Of a DNA stretch of 64,000 nucleotides, positions 1 to 10,967 are shown one piece after another. Position 1 is the stretch's first letter; each line of letters opens with the position of its first letter. Below the pieces are notes generated by a model. That model was not told the DNA's origin and did not search any database. It was given only the letters and a program-made list of their open reading frames with translations. The stretch is from Macrostomum lignano (taxonomy: Eukaryota): contig NIVC01002047.1 in assembly GCA_002269645.1 (NCBI GenBank), positions 1 through 64,000 of the forward strand, in the 5' to 3' direction. Position numbers and translations under genes: made by a program.

Positions 1-2149
1 TAGCACGAGTGAAAATGGAGTTACTACGTTTCTGGTCCACCTGACAAGGTGATGAGAATTGAAGCCTGCGGCCAGTCGAATCGTGTTGTCATTTCATTTT
101 TCAAGCAAAGATTAGTAAAAACAGGATGTAAGCAGGCTAGTAAACGGACAATGTGGAAATGAACTTATTCAATAGGTTATTATTGCTTACTGGCAAACAG
201 TTTGCATTCTTGTTGTAAATGTTATTGTACCAAAATTGATTGCTTTTTGTTGAAGTATTCAGCGTTTAGTTCCTGATTCTTGAATGCTCTTTTCCCAGCA
301 TGTTTTGGATATTAATGGATATGCTGTTTGAAAATATCCCTTTCTTGTCATAAAAATTGTCAAGTTGTGCCGATTGAAGGTCATTTGCTGAAGAAAATAA
401 AAGTGAAATTTGCTGTTTCAGACAATTCTCTCTATGTAGCCAAGTGAGCAGTTAGAAGCAGCGTTTTAATTTGTCTATGGGCGAGTGAAATAAACCGTTT
501 ATTTGCACTGATGCAAATAAATGAAATTTACACTGAGACCATAGACGTTTTGCCCGGAGCAAGTGGGGGATACCGGCGCGAGCCATAGACAAATCGTTGT
601 CACGTGCTGCGACCGCTGATTCTTTGCATTAATTGTTTTTCTGTTTGGCGATCCTACGGATAATGTATTGCTTGTAGTAATGGATTGTTCTGCATTAAAA
701 GTGTGAATTATGATCGTCAAATTGCTAGACAATGTTGCTGATCTCTCGCGAGCTAAAGCATTATGGGAATAAAAAAGTGCGCCTCTACGATCCTGTTCAC
801 AAATACTTTATCTTCAAGTTGTATTGCCATAGTGGTACGACTTAGAACCAAGCAGTCTGCAGATGTGCAGAAGTGCAACAAAACATACGTACGCTCGTAA
901 CCTAGTTAGCTAGTCTTACATGTACTTTCGCAAAGTCTCTCACTGACATTTCGTCGCCGACAATTCGACCGCCGCAATTTGACCGCCTCAACGCCTCAAC
1001 CTGACGAACTTTGGAGGAGGAATCAGACGGGCCCGCCCACGGACTCCTATTCAACCTAGCTGGAGCTGCCCAAGAAGGCGAGATCAACCCCAAGTAGCTC
1101 GACAACCGAGAGAGAGAGAGAGAGGACTGTTTAATCATCCATGGACAAAGTTAAGAGAAGGAAAACGAAGCTCTTTTTCTATAATCAGCTTTCTATCCCA
1201 AAATTTATCCAACTCAACACATAGATTAGCAAAACCCCGAATAATCTCTAACCCACACACTTAGCAACCTACTAGAACTAAGTAAACTCGTGTACAACTA
1301 GCTGGGGACTGAGTCCCAGATTTTTATTGCTTACAACCGCTCTCCGTTGCTAACCACGCAAAGACGTCCCACCGGCGGCGGGGGAAGAGGGTTAAAAATT
1401 CCAATCGGTATAAAATAGACGCCCATCTCAAACTGGAGCGGCGCTCTTCTTTTGCGCGAGTTCAGATCCTAACCCGCTCTATTTGTGCTGGTCTCTGGAT
1501 TATCAAGTTGGCTCAAATCTAAGTCTTAAAATCAATCATTTGTCTTGAAAGCTACGCAAAGCGAAATATTCGTGCGATTCAAATGCAGCCTAGATACTAT
1601 AGGAGATCCCATCAGTTTATACGGTTTTCTCTGACTGCCTAATAGATCGAAGAAAGAGCTGAAGAACCCAAACCGCTAGACCCACACTATAGACAGTGAG
1701 AATACATCCCAATAGGCACCATGAGAGAAGAATGCGTATAAAATAAATAAAAACGATGTTTAATTCTTTTTCAAAACCTAAGAAAAAATAATACAAACTT
1801 TCACGACTGTTATAAATTAAATTTGTATATCCGTTAAATTGTATATATTTAACTTCTTGCTCTCGCTCCTTATTATGTACAAGTTATTTCTTATTTGTAA
1901 TCTATAGTATATTTATATATGTTTTTTTCTCGTTCTTTTTTACTTTTTGGTTTCACACTTGACATTGTCTTAAACGTTAACGATAAATTTGTCATTAACT
2001 TACGAAATTATTCACGCATATTCGTTAATCCGTTAGTGAAAATCTTAACGGCCGTCCGTTAACGGAAATGAAATTTTTCATTCATTCCGTTATGTTCATT
2101 CCGTTCCGTTTTCATTCATTTCCGTTACTGGTGCTCAACACCAAATTGC

Positions 2150-2790
2150 CGGCAATTGCGGCGGTCAAATTGCGGCGGTCAAATTGCGGCGGTCAAATTG
2201 CGGCGGTCAAATTGCGGCGGTCAAATTGCGGCGGTCAAATTGCGGCGGTCAAATTGCGGCGGTCAAATTGCGGCGGTCAAATTGCGGCGGTCTAATTGCG
2301 GCGGTCAAATTGCGGCGGTCAAATTGTGGCGGTCAAATTGCGGCGGTCTAATTGCGGCGGTCAAATTGCGGCGGTCTAATTGTGGCGGTCAAATTGCGGC
2401 GGTCAATTGTGGCGGTCAAATTGCGGCGGTCTAATTGCGGCGGTCAAATTGCGGCGGTCTAATTGTGGCGGTCAAATTGCGGCGGTCAAATTGCGGCGGT
2501 CAAATTGCGGCGGTCAAATTGCGACGGTCAAATTGCGACGGTCAAATTGCGACGGTCAAATTGCGACGGTCAAATTGCGGCGGTCAAATTGCGGCGGTCA
2601 AATTGCGACGGTCAAATTGCGGCGGTCAAATTGCGACGGTCAAATTGTGGCGGTCAAATTGCGACGGTCAAATTGCGGCGGTCAAATTGCGACGGTCAAA
2701 TTGCGGCGGTCAAATTGCGGCGGTCAAATTGCGACGGTCAAATTGCGGCGGTCAAATTGCGGCGGTCAAGTTGCAGAGGTCAATTGTTGG
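2150..2790. repeat. 14-bp minisatellite (GCGGCGGTCAAATT)n, about 45 copies
   Basis: Direct tandem copies with A/T variants. The RRSNCGGQIAAVKL ORFs are simply translations of the array. Confidence 0.97.
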
Positions 2791-3560
2791 TCTCCCACTT
2801 AAAATCACCCAAAAGCCTTAAAGCTGATCCCATCGATCTCAACGAACCAACTCTTGTCCTCCCTTTCTTTGGCTATCCTTCTTAACTTTTCAAAAATAAA
2901 ATCTGCAAATTGTTCCGCAACTCGCTTAATTGCAACATCCGTGTCATCTTTCGTTCTGCTAAGGTTGGCAACTTTGTCGGTCGGTTGAAGTCACGTGTTC
3001 CCTGTGCTCTTCGTACTCGTGTCGTTTATCAGTTCAACTGCTCTGATGACCAGAGCGTCTCCTACGTGGGGAAGACAAAAAGGCACCTGCACACTAGAAT
3101 CAGGGAGCACTGGCTGAAACCGTCGGCTATCCAAAACCATCTCTTAGAGTGTAATAGTTGCTCCAACTGCAAACCCGAAGAGCGCTTCAAAGACATTGAT
3201 CAATGCTCATTTGACTCCAAACTCCAGATACTTGAAGCGCTGTACATTAAAGCGCATTCCCCAACCTCAACACTCAACTCCGACACAGTGGCGCGGGACA
3301 TGTTCTCCGTGTGTTCTGAGGGAGGGGACACTAGATGTACATTATATACTTCTAACTATATCGCTATCATTCCGGGCCTGCACTTTGCCTCTCGACTTTT
3401 GGACCAACAAACATGTACTTCAAATATGGATTGAATTTACACCCCAAAATTTTGTATTTATTTACTGCCGATCTCGCTCGTTTCTTTCGCTCAAAAATAA
3501 ACCTGAAGATGCACAGTATCGTGCGAAACGAGTCGTTCAATTAAATTCATTAAATGTTGA
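2790..3560 (+). mobile_element. 5'-truncated Penelope-like retroelement: RT-EN linker, GIY-YIG endonuclease and pLTR
   Basis: The frame of ORFs 2463-2885 and 2910-3434 reads LVLPFFGYPS*...IRVIFRS...VVYQFNC...SYVGKTKRHLHTRIREH...KLQILEALYIK, the PLE GIY-YIG pattern, with an in-frame stop at 2883-2885. A hammerhead motif follows the ORF. Confidence 0.9.
3499..3537 (+). ncRNA. Minimal type I hammerhead ribozyme in the Penelope pLTR
   Basis: Core CTGAAGA at 3503-3509, stem II GCAC(3511-14)/GTGC(3521-24), GAAA at 3525-28, mini stem III AC-GA-GT, GTC cleavage triplet at 3532-34, stem I AAC/GTT. Confidence 0.8.
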
Positions 3561-4217
3561 TTTTTGCCTTCCTATTCATCTTACTTGCCAAGCGAGCAAC
3601 TTTACACCTATATCGTTTCATTTGGGAACCCAAGTTTCTCTTCTTGAAGACATCGCTTAAGCCATCTTTTTTGCAAACTGTTTTACAAACAAAGTTATAA
3701 ATTCTACGAAATTTCTACTACCACTACATCGCTAACTGTTGCTCTTCAGGCTCCTTGGCCTTGGCCTGATGAAGCAGTGCATGCCAGTTGGCGCGAGTTT
3801 AACTGCCGGTTTTGCCGCTGCTCTTCATTCTGTTGAACTTTTGAGACAGAGGCGCTACCAGGAGACCCGATGCTACCAGGAGACAGTGACTTACCAGGAG
3901 ACAGTGACACTACCAGGAGACCCCGGCGCTATTAGAAATGGCAACTTAAACCGAGGGACTCTGTTTTTAGTTTTTTTCGTTTTTCGTTTTTCGAGGAGGC
4001 TTTTCCCCCTCCTCTTTCGCTCTGGCTTGGCGTGGAAGCGTCCAGCTTCTTCGTTTTGGTCTGCTGGTGGAGGACGGATCCCCCCTGCTGCTTTTTTGCA
4101 GGGCAGGTGGCTGCTAAGTAGTTGGCTGCTGGCTAAGCGCCAACTACCCATCGACAGCCCATAGTTGCAACTGGTACCGCATGGGTTCTCGAGGGCCGCA
4201 CCTGCGGGGGAAGGCTC

Positions 4218-6450
4218 GGGCGTCGGCTGTCAACCCGACCTGGCGTTTGTGTGCCAAGCCCGTAGCCGGCCTCCCGCCCCCTGATCTTGTGGAGTGTGAA
4301 ACGGGGGCCTGCCGGAGCCTCGCCTGGTCGCCTGGGAGCAATCCTGGGCTAAGACGGTAACCCAAAGCCTTCCTGCTGTTCGCCGTGGCAGGGGGTAGCC
4401 TCTGGCTGACTGGGTGTATATCCAGTCCCTGAGCGGTAGGTCTGCCTTTTCTAATTTGTGTTTCTTCCCCGTTTCAGCTATTCTCTATGGATTCTGAGCA
4501 AAAATCTTTTCCGGCTAGGGAGCCGGCAACTCCCGCAGCTCTCCGTGAACCCCGCGGTTGCTACCCCTCCATAAAATCTGTGTCCGCGCGGCCAGTGGGA
4601 CACTGAGCGATGCCCAGATGGAAGGCGCCGTCGCCCATGCTGACGACTTCCTCTGGGATAACGACCATATCGGTGTTGAGGTCGAGTCTGTTAGATACGC
4701 CAATAGCAATCTCATTCTCGCCTTTAAGAGCGAAGAACATTCGAACACCGCCTTAGCTAACCTGCCCAGCATCGACTGGGGTACTTCCAAGGCACAGCTC
4801 CCGGAGCTGGTCGTTGAGAAGGCTCGCCCTCCGCCTCCCTGTAAGAGGTACAGGGCCTTCTATTCAGGGGCTAGGACGATCGAGGAGATCCGCGGTCGTC
4901 TTGTCGCCAAGCACCCGAGTTGCCTGCGGACGGCCTCCGGGCTTTCAAGGAGGTGCCGGCCAAAGATGGCAACGGAAAAACCCTCTACATGGGCCTCTCT
5001 GCCGACTGGGAGCGCTACATGCAAGGTAACGACCACGCCGCCTACGTTGGTGCATGGAAGATAATCTTCCACCTCATCCCGAGGAGGAAGCGCACCACCG
5101 CCATGCCCAGATCATCTATGATGAGGCGTGACCGTCTGAGGGCCAACCCTCCGGGTGGGCCCAATTATGATATTACCACGCTCACGCAAAACAGTGATCC
5201 TAACCTGCATATTGTGCAGATCAACCTGCGCCACCCGGTCGCAGCCTCCAGCAGCCTGACCGACACCCTTGGTGGCACCGGTGTGGACATCTACCTCATT
5301 CAGCAGCCCTACACCGTGAGGGTAAGCCCACCCTGCTGCCGAAAGGCTACCAGATCCTCTCCCTCTCTAGACGTGAAACCCCTAGAGCCATTGCCCTGGT
5401 CAAGCGCAAGCTCCCAGCCATGCTCATGCCGATGTTTTGCAATAAAGACATTTGTACCTTCACCGTGAACGGGATGATCTTCTCGTCCGTGTACATGGAT
5501 ATTCAGAATGAACTTCCGTCACCCCTCCTGCAGGATCTCGCCAATTTCTGTAACATCGAGAACAAAAACCTCATTATTGGCTGCGATGCGAATGCTCACA
5601 ACACTGTGTGGGCTAGCCGTAACACTAACCTCAGTGGTAGTATGCTTATTAACTTCATTAACACCTCGAATCTGCACATTTGCAACTAAAGGGCGCAAAC
5701 CCACCTTTGCGAACGTTAGCAGGAAAGAGGTCATTGATCTCACCCTTGCGTCCAGTAACATCCTTAACCGGATTCAAAATTGGATGGTCAGAGACGACAT
5801 CAAGGACAACTTGAGTAGTCCTTTGGACGACATCCCCCTCGCTCTCGGACCATTTCTATATCCATTTCAGTGTCACAGCTGGCGGCGCTCGCGTCACCAA
5901 GGCGAACCGTCCCAATTTAAAAAGAGCGGACTGGGCTGGCTTCAGAAGGGACCTTGAGTCTCTGATCAGCAGCGAACCGGCCGAAGACCTGAACGGTTGC
6001 GAAGCAATCCCGAGCATTGAAGCCCGTTGCAACAAGCTTGTCGAGCTGCTAAATGCGGCCACGGTGAAAAACGCCCCTCTTATTGTCAGTAGGAAGAAGT
6101 ACTCACTTTGGTGGAATAAAGATCTCACCCGTTTGAAAAAGACCTCCCGTCGGCTGCATCGGATGGCCAACCAGAATAACACCCCAGAAGACTGGGAGAT
6201 CTACCACTCAGGTTTGAGAACCTACAAGAGCTGTATCCGGAAGGCCAAAAAGGACACCTGGAAGGCTTTCTGCGCTGGTTTGGAGGGCCAGCATCCCACA
6301 GCCCGGCTGGTGAAGTCCCTCAGACACGACAAACTTCGCCCAGTGCAACTCCCTCCTTCATTTGGATGGCAACTATTCCAGAACCGCCGAGGAATCCCTC
6401 AATCTGCTTTTCTCGTCGTGTTTTCCCACCTGCGAGCATCCTGAGCAAAT
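4218..6450 (+). mobile_element. Decayed LOA-clade non-LTR retrotransposon (ORF1 DUF4780-like, AP endonuclease, linker), 3'-truncated before RT
   Basis: Frameshifted pieces: an ORF1-like segment (4558-5140); APE motifs [40 protein letters not shown]; and [22 protein letters not shown], which parallels WWNPEL..PTSRLVKAL in the intact element at 50434. The 5' boundary is uncertain. Confidence 0.85.
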
Positions 6451-7970
6451 TGTTGACTGATCACAACCTGAGAGATCGGCAACTGTTCGAGCAATGCGCC
6501 ACGCAGAACTTAGTTCAGCTGGCCGCCAAACTCTGTCACCCTGTCGTATCGTCACCGAGTCCGCCTTGATCTCCTCATCGATAAGCCAGGGGTCCCACTC
6601 GAACGGCGTGTCTTCCTTGAGCGGATTCAGTGTCGCAAACCTTGAGCTTGTGCGATCTCGCCAGTCGCTTCTGGTCTGTCTAAATCCGTTCGCATTGCGT
6701 CTTTCGAGCTGCTTCGCGCTGCGCGGAAGCTGCCGGTCCATGATTTGACCACCGGTCCAGTTGTTCGCTAAGGCGTGCATCGAAAGGACAGCAGCAACTC
6801 GTCAATGGCCGCTCTCCAGTCGCGCTTCTGTGCAATTGCAGAGCGCACCACCTTCTTAATGGAACGATTCATGATGAGGAGCTGACGGATTCCGTAGCTC
6901 TTAAACTGGGCTGAAGCGAACGCGGTGGACCATTGTCAGTGACTAACGTTTGACCTTCACCTCGGAAAATCGGAAGTATTGATCGACGCAGACTAGCAGT
7001 ATGCTGCCTTGAATGGGTCCGAGCAGATCCGCACCGAGCGTCAGCCATGCCGCATTCGGGATAGGCGTCGGATTCAGCGGCCAGTCAGGCCTGGCACACG
7101 GCTACGAAGCGCTCCATCTTTATTTGAAAAGTTCCAGACCTTGGTGTTCAGCCGGTCCCAGCGTCTTGCGTACGCACTGGTGCCGGCCGTTGCGCTAGAT
7201 CCAGTACCAGCCGTCGGAGCGCCACCGGGACGACGATTCGCTGGTCCCGTAGGAGCACCCCGCCCACTGCACAGTTCCTGACGCAGCGCATGCAGCGACC
7301 GCCGTTCTGCTGACTCCAGACTCCAACGCCCTGTCTCCAAGGCGCGAATCGCCGCTTGAATTGGTGTGTCCTTTCGCGATCTCTCCTGTAAGCTGGCGAT
7401 CGACAGCACATTTGGACGTACGGCCGCCTGCACAACAGCGGCGATGGAAAGGGCATCCAGCTCTTTGCCCACATTCGGGCGGGTGTCGGCAGGGGCTGCC
7501 AGCTAGGCACGTCTGCCAGGTTGAGCGGGCCCGGCTGGTACTCAACTGTGAATTTCAGATGCTAAATGCGCAATGCCATCCCTTCGATTCTTGGGAAAGG
7601 TCTCGAACCATGCTGCCGAACAGAGCAACCAGTGGCTTGTTGTCCGTTTGCACCGTGAATATCGGCGCGCTGTGGAGATAGAATTGAAACTTAGACAGCC
7701 GAACTTCACAGCCAATGCATCTTTAATTTCTCTGTAACTTTGTTTATGAATAGCGTTGCTCGATATTTGACAGTGTCCGACTAGCGTATGCGATGGGCTA
7801 GCCTGGTTCCCGCCCAAATTGCGTCTGCGATAGAAGTGCACCCAGCTAGGCCAGCAGCCCCGCCGGGCCAGCGTCAACAATGATTTAATTTGCATCGGAA
7901 GGCAGTGTTTGAATAAGGCAAGCGAGATATTTGCGCTCGCCATTATTGTGCATCGCACTACAAAAGTAGA
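6450..7970 (-). mobile_element. Degenerate Ty3/Gypsy pol fragment (RNase H - integrase)
   Basis: Minus-strand frameshifted motifs: IVDAGP.G..LGALLSQ, PIAYASRTLSNIEQRYS, KFQFYLH.APIFTVQTDNKPL, VLLRDQRIVVPVALRRLVLDLA, GPIQGSILLVCVDQY, DNGP, MNRSIKKVVRSA..DW..LLSFRCTP. Confidence 0.85.
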
Positions 7971-7991
7971 TCGGGAAAAAAGAATTGATGT

Positions 7992-8014
7992 GAGAGAAGA
8001 TCGAAGAGAGGGAA

Positions 8015-8073
<59 letters not shown>

Positions 8074-8120
8074 GGAAAGAAGAGAGAGAGAGACAAAAAA
8101 GAGAAAGCTGAGAAGAGACA
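7992..8120. repeat. (GA)n microsatellite / purine tract
   Basis: Near-pure GA run at about 8015-8070 with purine-rich flanks. Confidence 0.95.
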
Positions 8121-10266
8121 AACCTTGAGCAGGCCAGATTACTAAATTTCAAAGTTTCAAAGGACCCGGGAGCCGATTAGAGGCTTCGATGGCCGCTTGT
8201 CCGCGGCCCGGAGTATTTACGGACCCGTGTTACAGTGTAATTACAAATACAACAGATCAGAGGCAATTTTGAAAAGATTTAAGGGACTCCGCGGAACCAT
8301 AAGTAAGTTCTAACTGTAACCGATTACAAAAATGGAAAAAGCAAAATGAAAGTTCCGAACTGATTCTCGATCTCAGACTTCTCATTAAGCATTGCCAGCA
8401 CGATCGCAGATCGTGCAAATTTTATTAGGCAATGCATCTCGAGATCCAATCATCCAAGATCACGTCAGAGTGCACTATTTTCACAGGATTTTACTTGCAT
8501 ATTTGGTTAAACGTAAAAATTGCGATTCGATTCTATACATGTACATGCATGTACTTATGTACGAACCGATGAAAGTTTACATGCATGCGACGACGGCTAT
8601 TTTTTCTATGCGATTAAATAAGACAGGAGTAGCACAAAGTTTCCCGCAAAGAGCAAGTTTACTTTTCTCTGGAGCGCTAGAAAAGCAAGCATTTAAACCT
8701 GCTTCTCTGAAGAAATCTATCGTAAACATACAAATGGAAGCAGTGGCCGGAGACGATAATAGTAAATAATGAATCTAGTAAAAGGTACATGAATTGAAAA
8801 TAAAGATTCTCAACAAAGAACTGGAATCAAACGGCGTTTAATATTACACATAAAAAGGTATTTCAGTCGTTCAATGTTCTCGTTATGCTATCGGCAATGA
8901 AAAGAACAAGTGAAGGCTAACGGTGTCTGCAACAATGAATACCTTAAACAAAAATCATTTATATTCGACGGAAGTACGAGCGTAAATTTGTTACAGTAAA
9001 TTTAGACCTGTAGATAATTATTTTTAATTTTAAAATAATATGAAGTTTTTACTTCTCATTTGCTAACAGAAATGGCCCGCAATGTTAGTAAATTTCAATT
9101 TTCGTGCCGTACTCGGTACAACCTTGTACCGAGAGGATTCGTACTTAAGGCTGAAGCTGACTTTTTAGTTCCATGTTGGAAGCCAAGAACCAAGTAGTTT
9201 TTTCATCTGTGTTTTTTTTATCGATTTTGAGTGATTTAATTTATAAAGCTGCCAATTAATATCTTAAACTTTACTTTTATAGCTTTTATTTTCTGTTACT
9301 GACTGTCTTTGATTTGTCACTTGACTTTGACTAGAGCTTTTAATTTTTTAGTCAAGATCTTTTGCACTCTCAATGAATAATCATGTTTATTATCATGTCT
9401 TGGCCGAAGCATTTTTTCATAAAATATTTCACTTTTTTGTCCTGCTTTTTGGATGACAAAAATCCAATATCTAACAATGGCATAGCATTCAAAATGAAAG
9501 TGCCTCCTATTTAATCTACAATAAATTCGTTTATGCCTAGCCCATTTTACTACATTTAAGGCCCATGACTAATGTGTAAAAAAGGCTATATTCTTCGCCC
9601 AGGCTTCTACTATGTACTTGTAATAATATGCTTTGATGTTCAATGTTGCTCTATTATGGACCTACAAAATATTGATAATTATTGAAAAAAAGCTAAATAA
9701 GCCTAGTTAATGGCAATACTTCTAGTTTTCTAGTTTTATTAGGCCCTAGAAAGAGCCTATTCAAATCAGTCTTTCTATGCAAAATTAGATTTGTTTTAAA
9801 GACATAGATTTATCAATAAGTATGCTTTTTTTCAAGATTTTTCTTTTTTTTCAAGATTTCAAGAAAGATTTTTGTATTTTTCTAGGTTAGCTAGCAATTG
9901 TGATATTTATTTATATTCCTAAAAGAACTTAGAAAGATATATATAAAATCAATTTGATTTTTGTTAAAATTACAATAAATAGTAAGTAATCTTATAAGGC
10001 CAATATTCTTTTAGTAGGTATAAAATGTTATATTTCTATTTATTTTGTCATACCATTGGTATATACTATGTATTAGAAATATAAAAAAGACATTCTTGAA
10101 ATCTCATATAGGTTTTTATACTTATAGTGCAATTTTATGCATTTATTGTCATTAATTCATATGTAATGATTAATGTGAATGATTTTTAGAGGCTGAGCCT
10201 ATATAAGGATGTGTGGCTATATATCCTATCTTAATAAATGACTTAATGTATTATTAAGGGTTTGTA

Positions 10267-10468
10267 CAGGGACTACTCAAACACTGGGATAGGAAACTAG
10301 GAATTTTTACAAGGCTAGTCTTTTAGTAGCTGACAAGGCTGGCTGGCTTATTTTCATTAGAGCAAAGCTATGTTACTTTGTTGACTATGGTTATTTTTCT
10401 ACTGCTGCTAAAAGACTAGCCTCATAAAAAATCCCTAGTTTCCCATCCCAGTGTTTGAGTAGTCCCTG
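10267..10468. mobile_element. hAT-type MITE, 202 bp, ~65-bp TIRs, 8-bp TSD
   Basis: It starts CAGGGACTACTCAAACACTGGGAT and ends with the exact reverse complement. GGTTTGTA is duplicated at 10259-10266 and 10469-10476. Confidence 0.92.
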
Positions 10469-10967
10469 GGTTTGTATTTTTTTAATCAAACATTTATACA
10501 AGCTATTAAATTTTGTTACTTTTAAGTATTTATTTAGTATAATCTAATTTCTCTGTAATATCAACTATGACCCTATCTTTTAAGCTATATTATTTGCCTA
10601 TAGTTATTTAGAACTATAGCCATTTAACCTTATGGCTAGGAGTATAAAGTCATTGCATTTTGTATTGTTCTTTATTCACTAAACTGATTCAATAATTACC
10701 AAATATTAAAAATGTCTATTTATAAAATTCCAAAGCAAGGAATATTTTTCTTGGCATAATTGTGATTGATCTTATAATAAAAAATTAACATTTCAATACT
10801 ATAGAAGTTCTATAGATGCATATAGATATAACAAAGTCCAGTTTCTAGGTTAAATTATTTTGCTAGTGCCTCTGTAGACTCTGTTATGTACATCTATATC
10901 AACTTTCTGCTTAGATAAAATATTAAGCACACATCTAATTCCTATATTTCTGATAAGGAATTTTCTA

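Noticed and set aside
1370-1395. piggyBac-like end (GGG-TTAA)
   Set aside because: No matching opposite terminus was found in the window.
1970-2145. CCGTT-rich stretch resembling a hAT subterminal region
   Set aside because: No partner TIR or TSD could be identified.
2068-2885. RRSNCGGQIAAVKL ORFs, and similar ORFs at 19792-20492, 30375-31520, 55526-56028 and 57778-58222
   Set aside because: All lie within minisatellite or microsatellite arrays.
3766-3800. Second hammerhead core CTGATGA
   Set aside because: No stem II or GAAA follows.
3739-4365. ORFs on both strands upstream of the old LINE, with short TACCAGGAGAC repeats
   Set aside because: No recognisable domain, and I cannot assign them to either neighbouring element.
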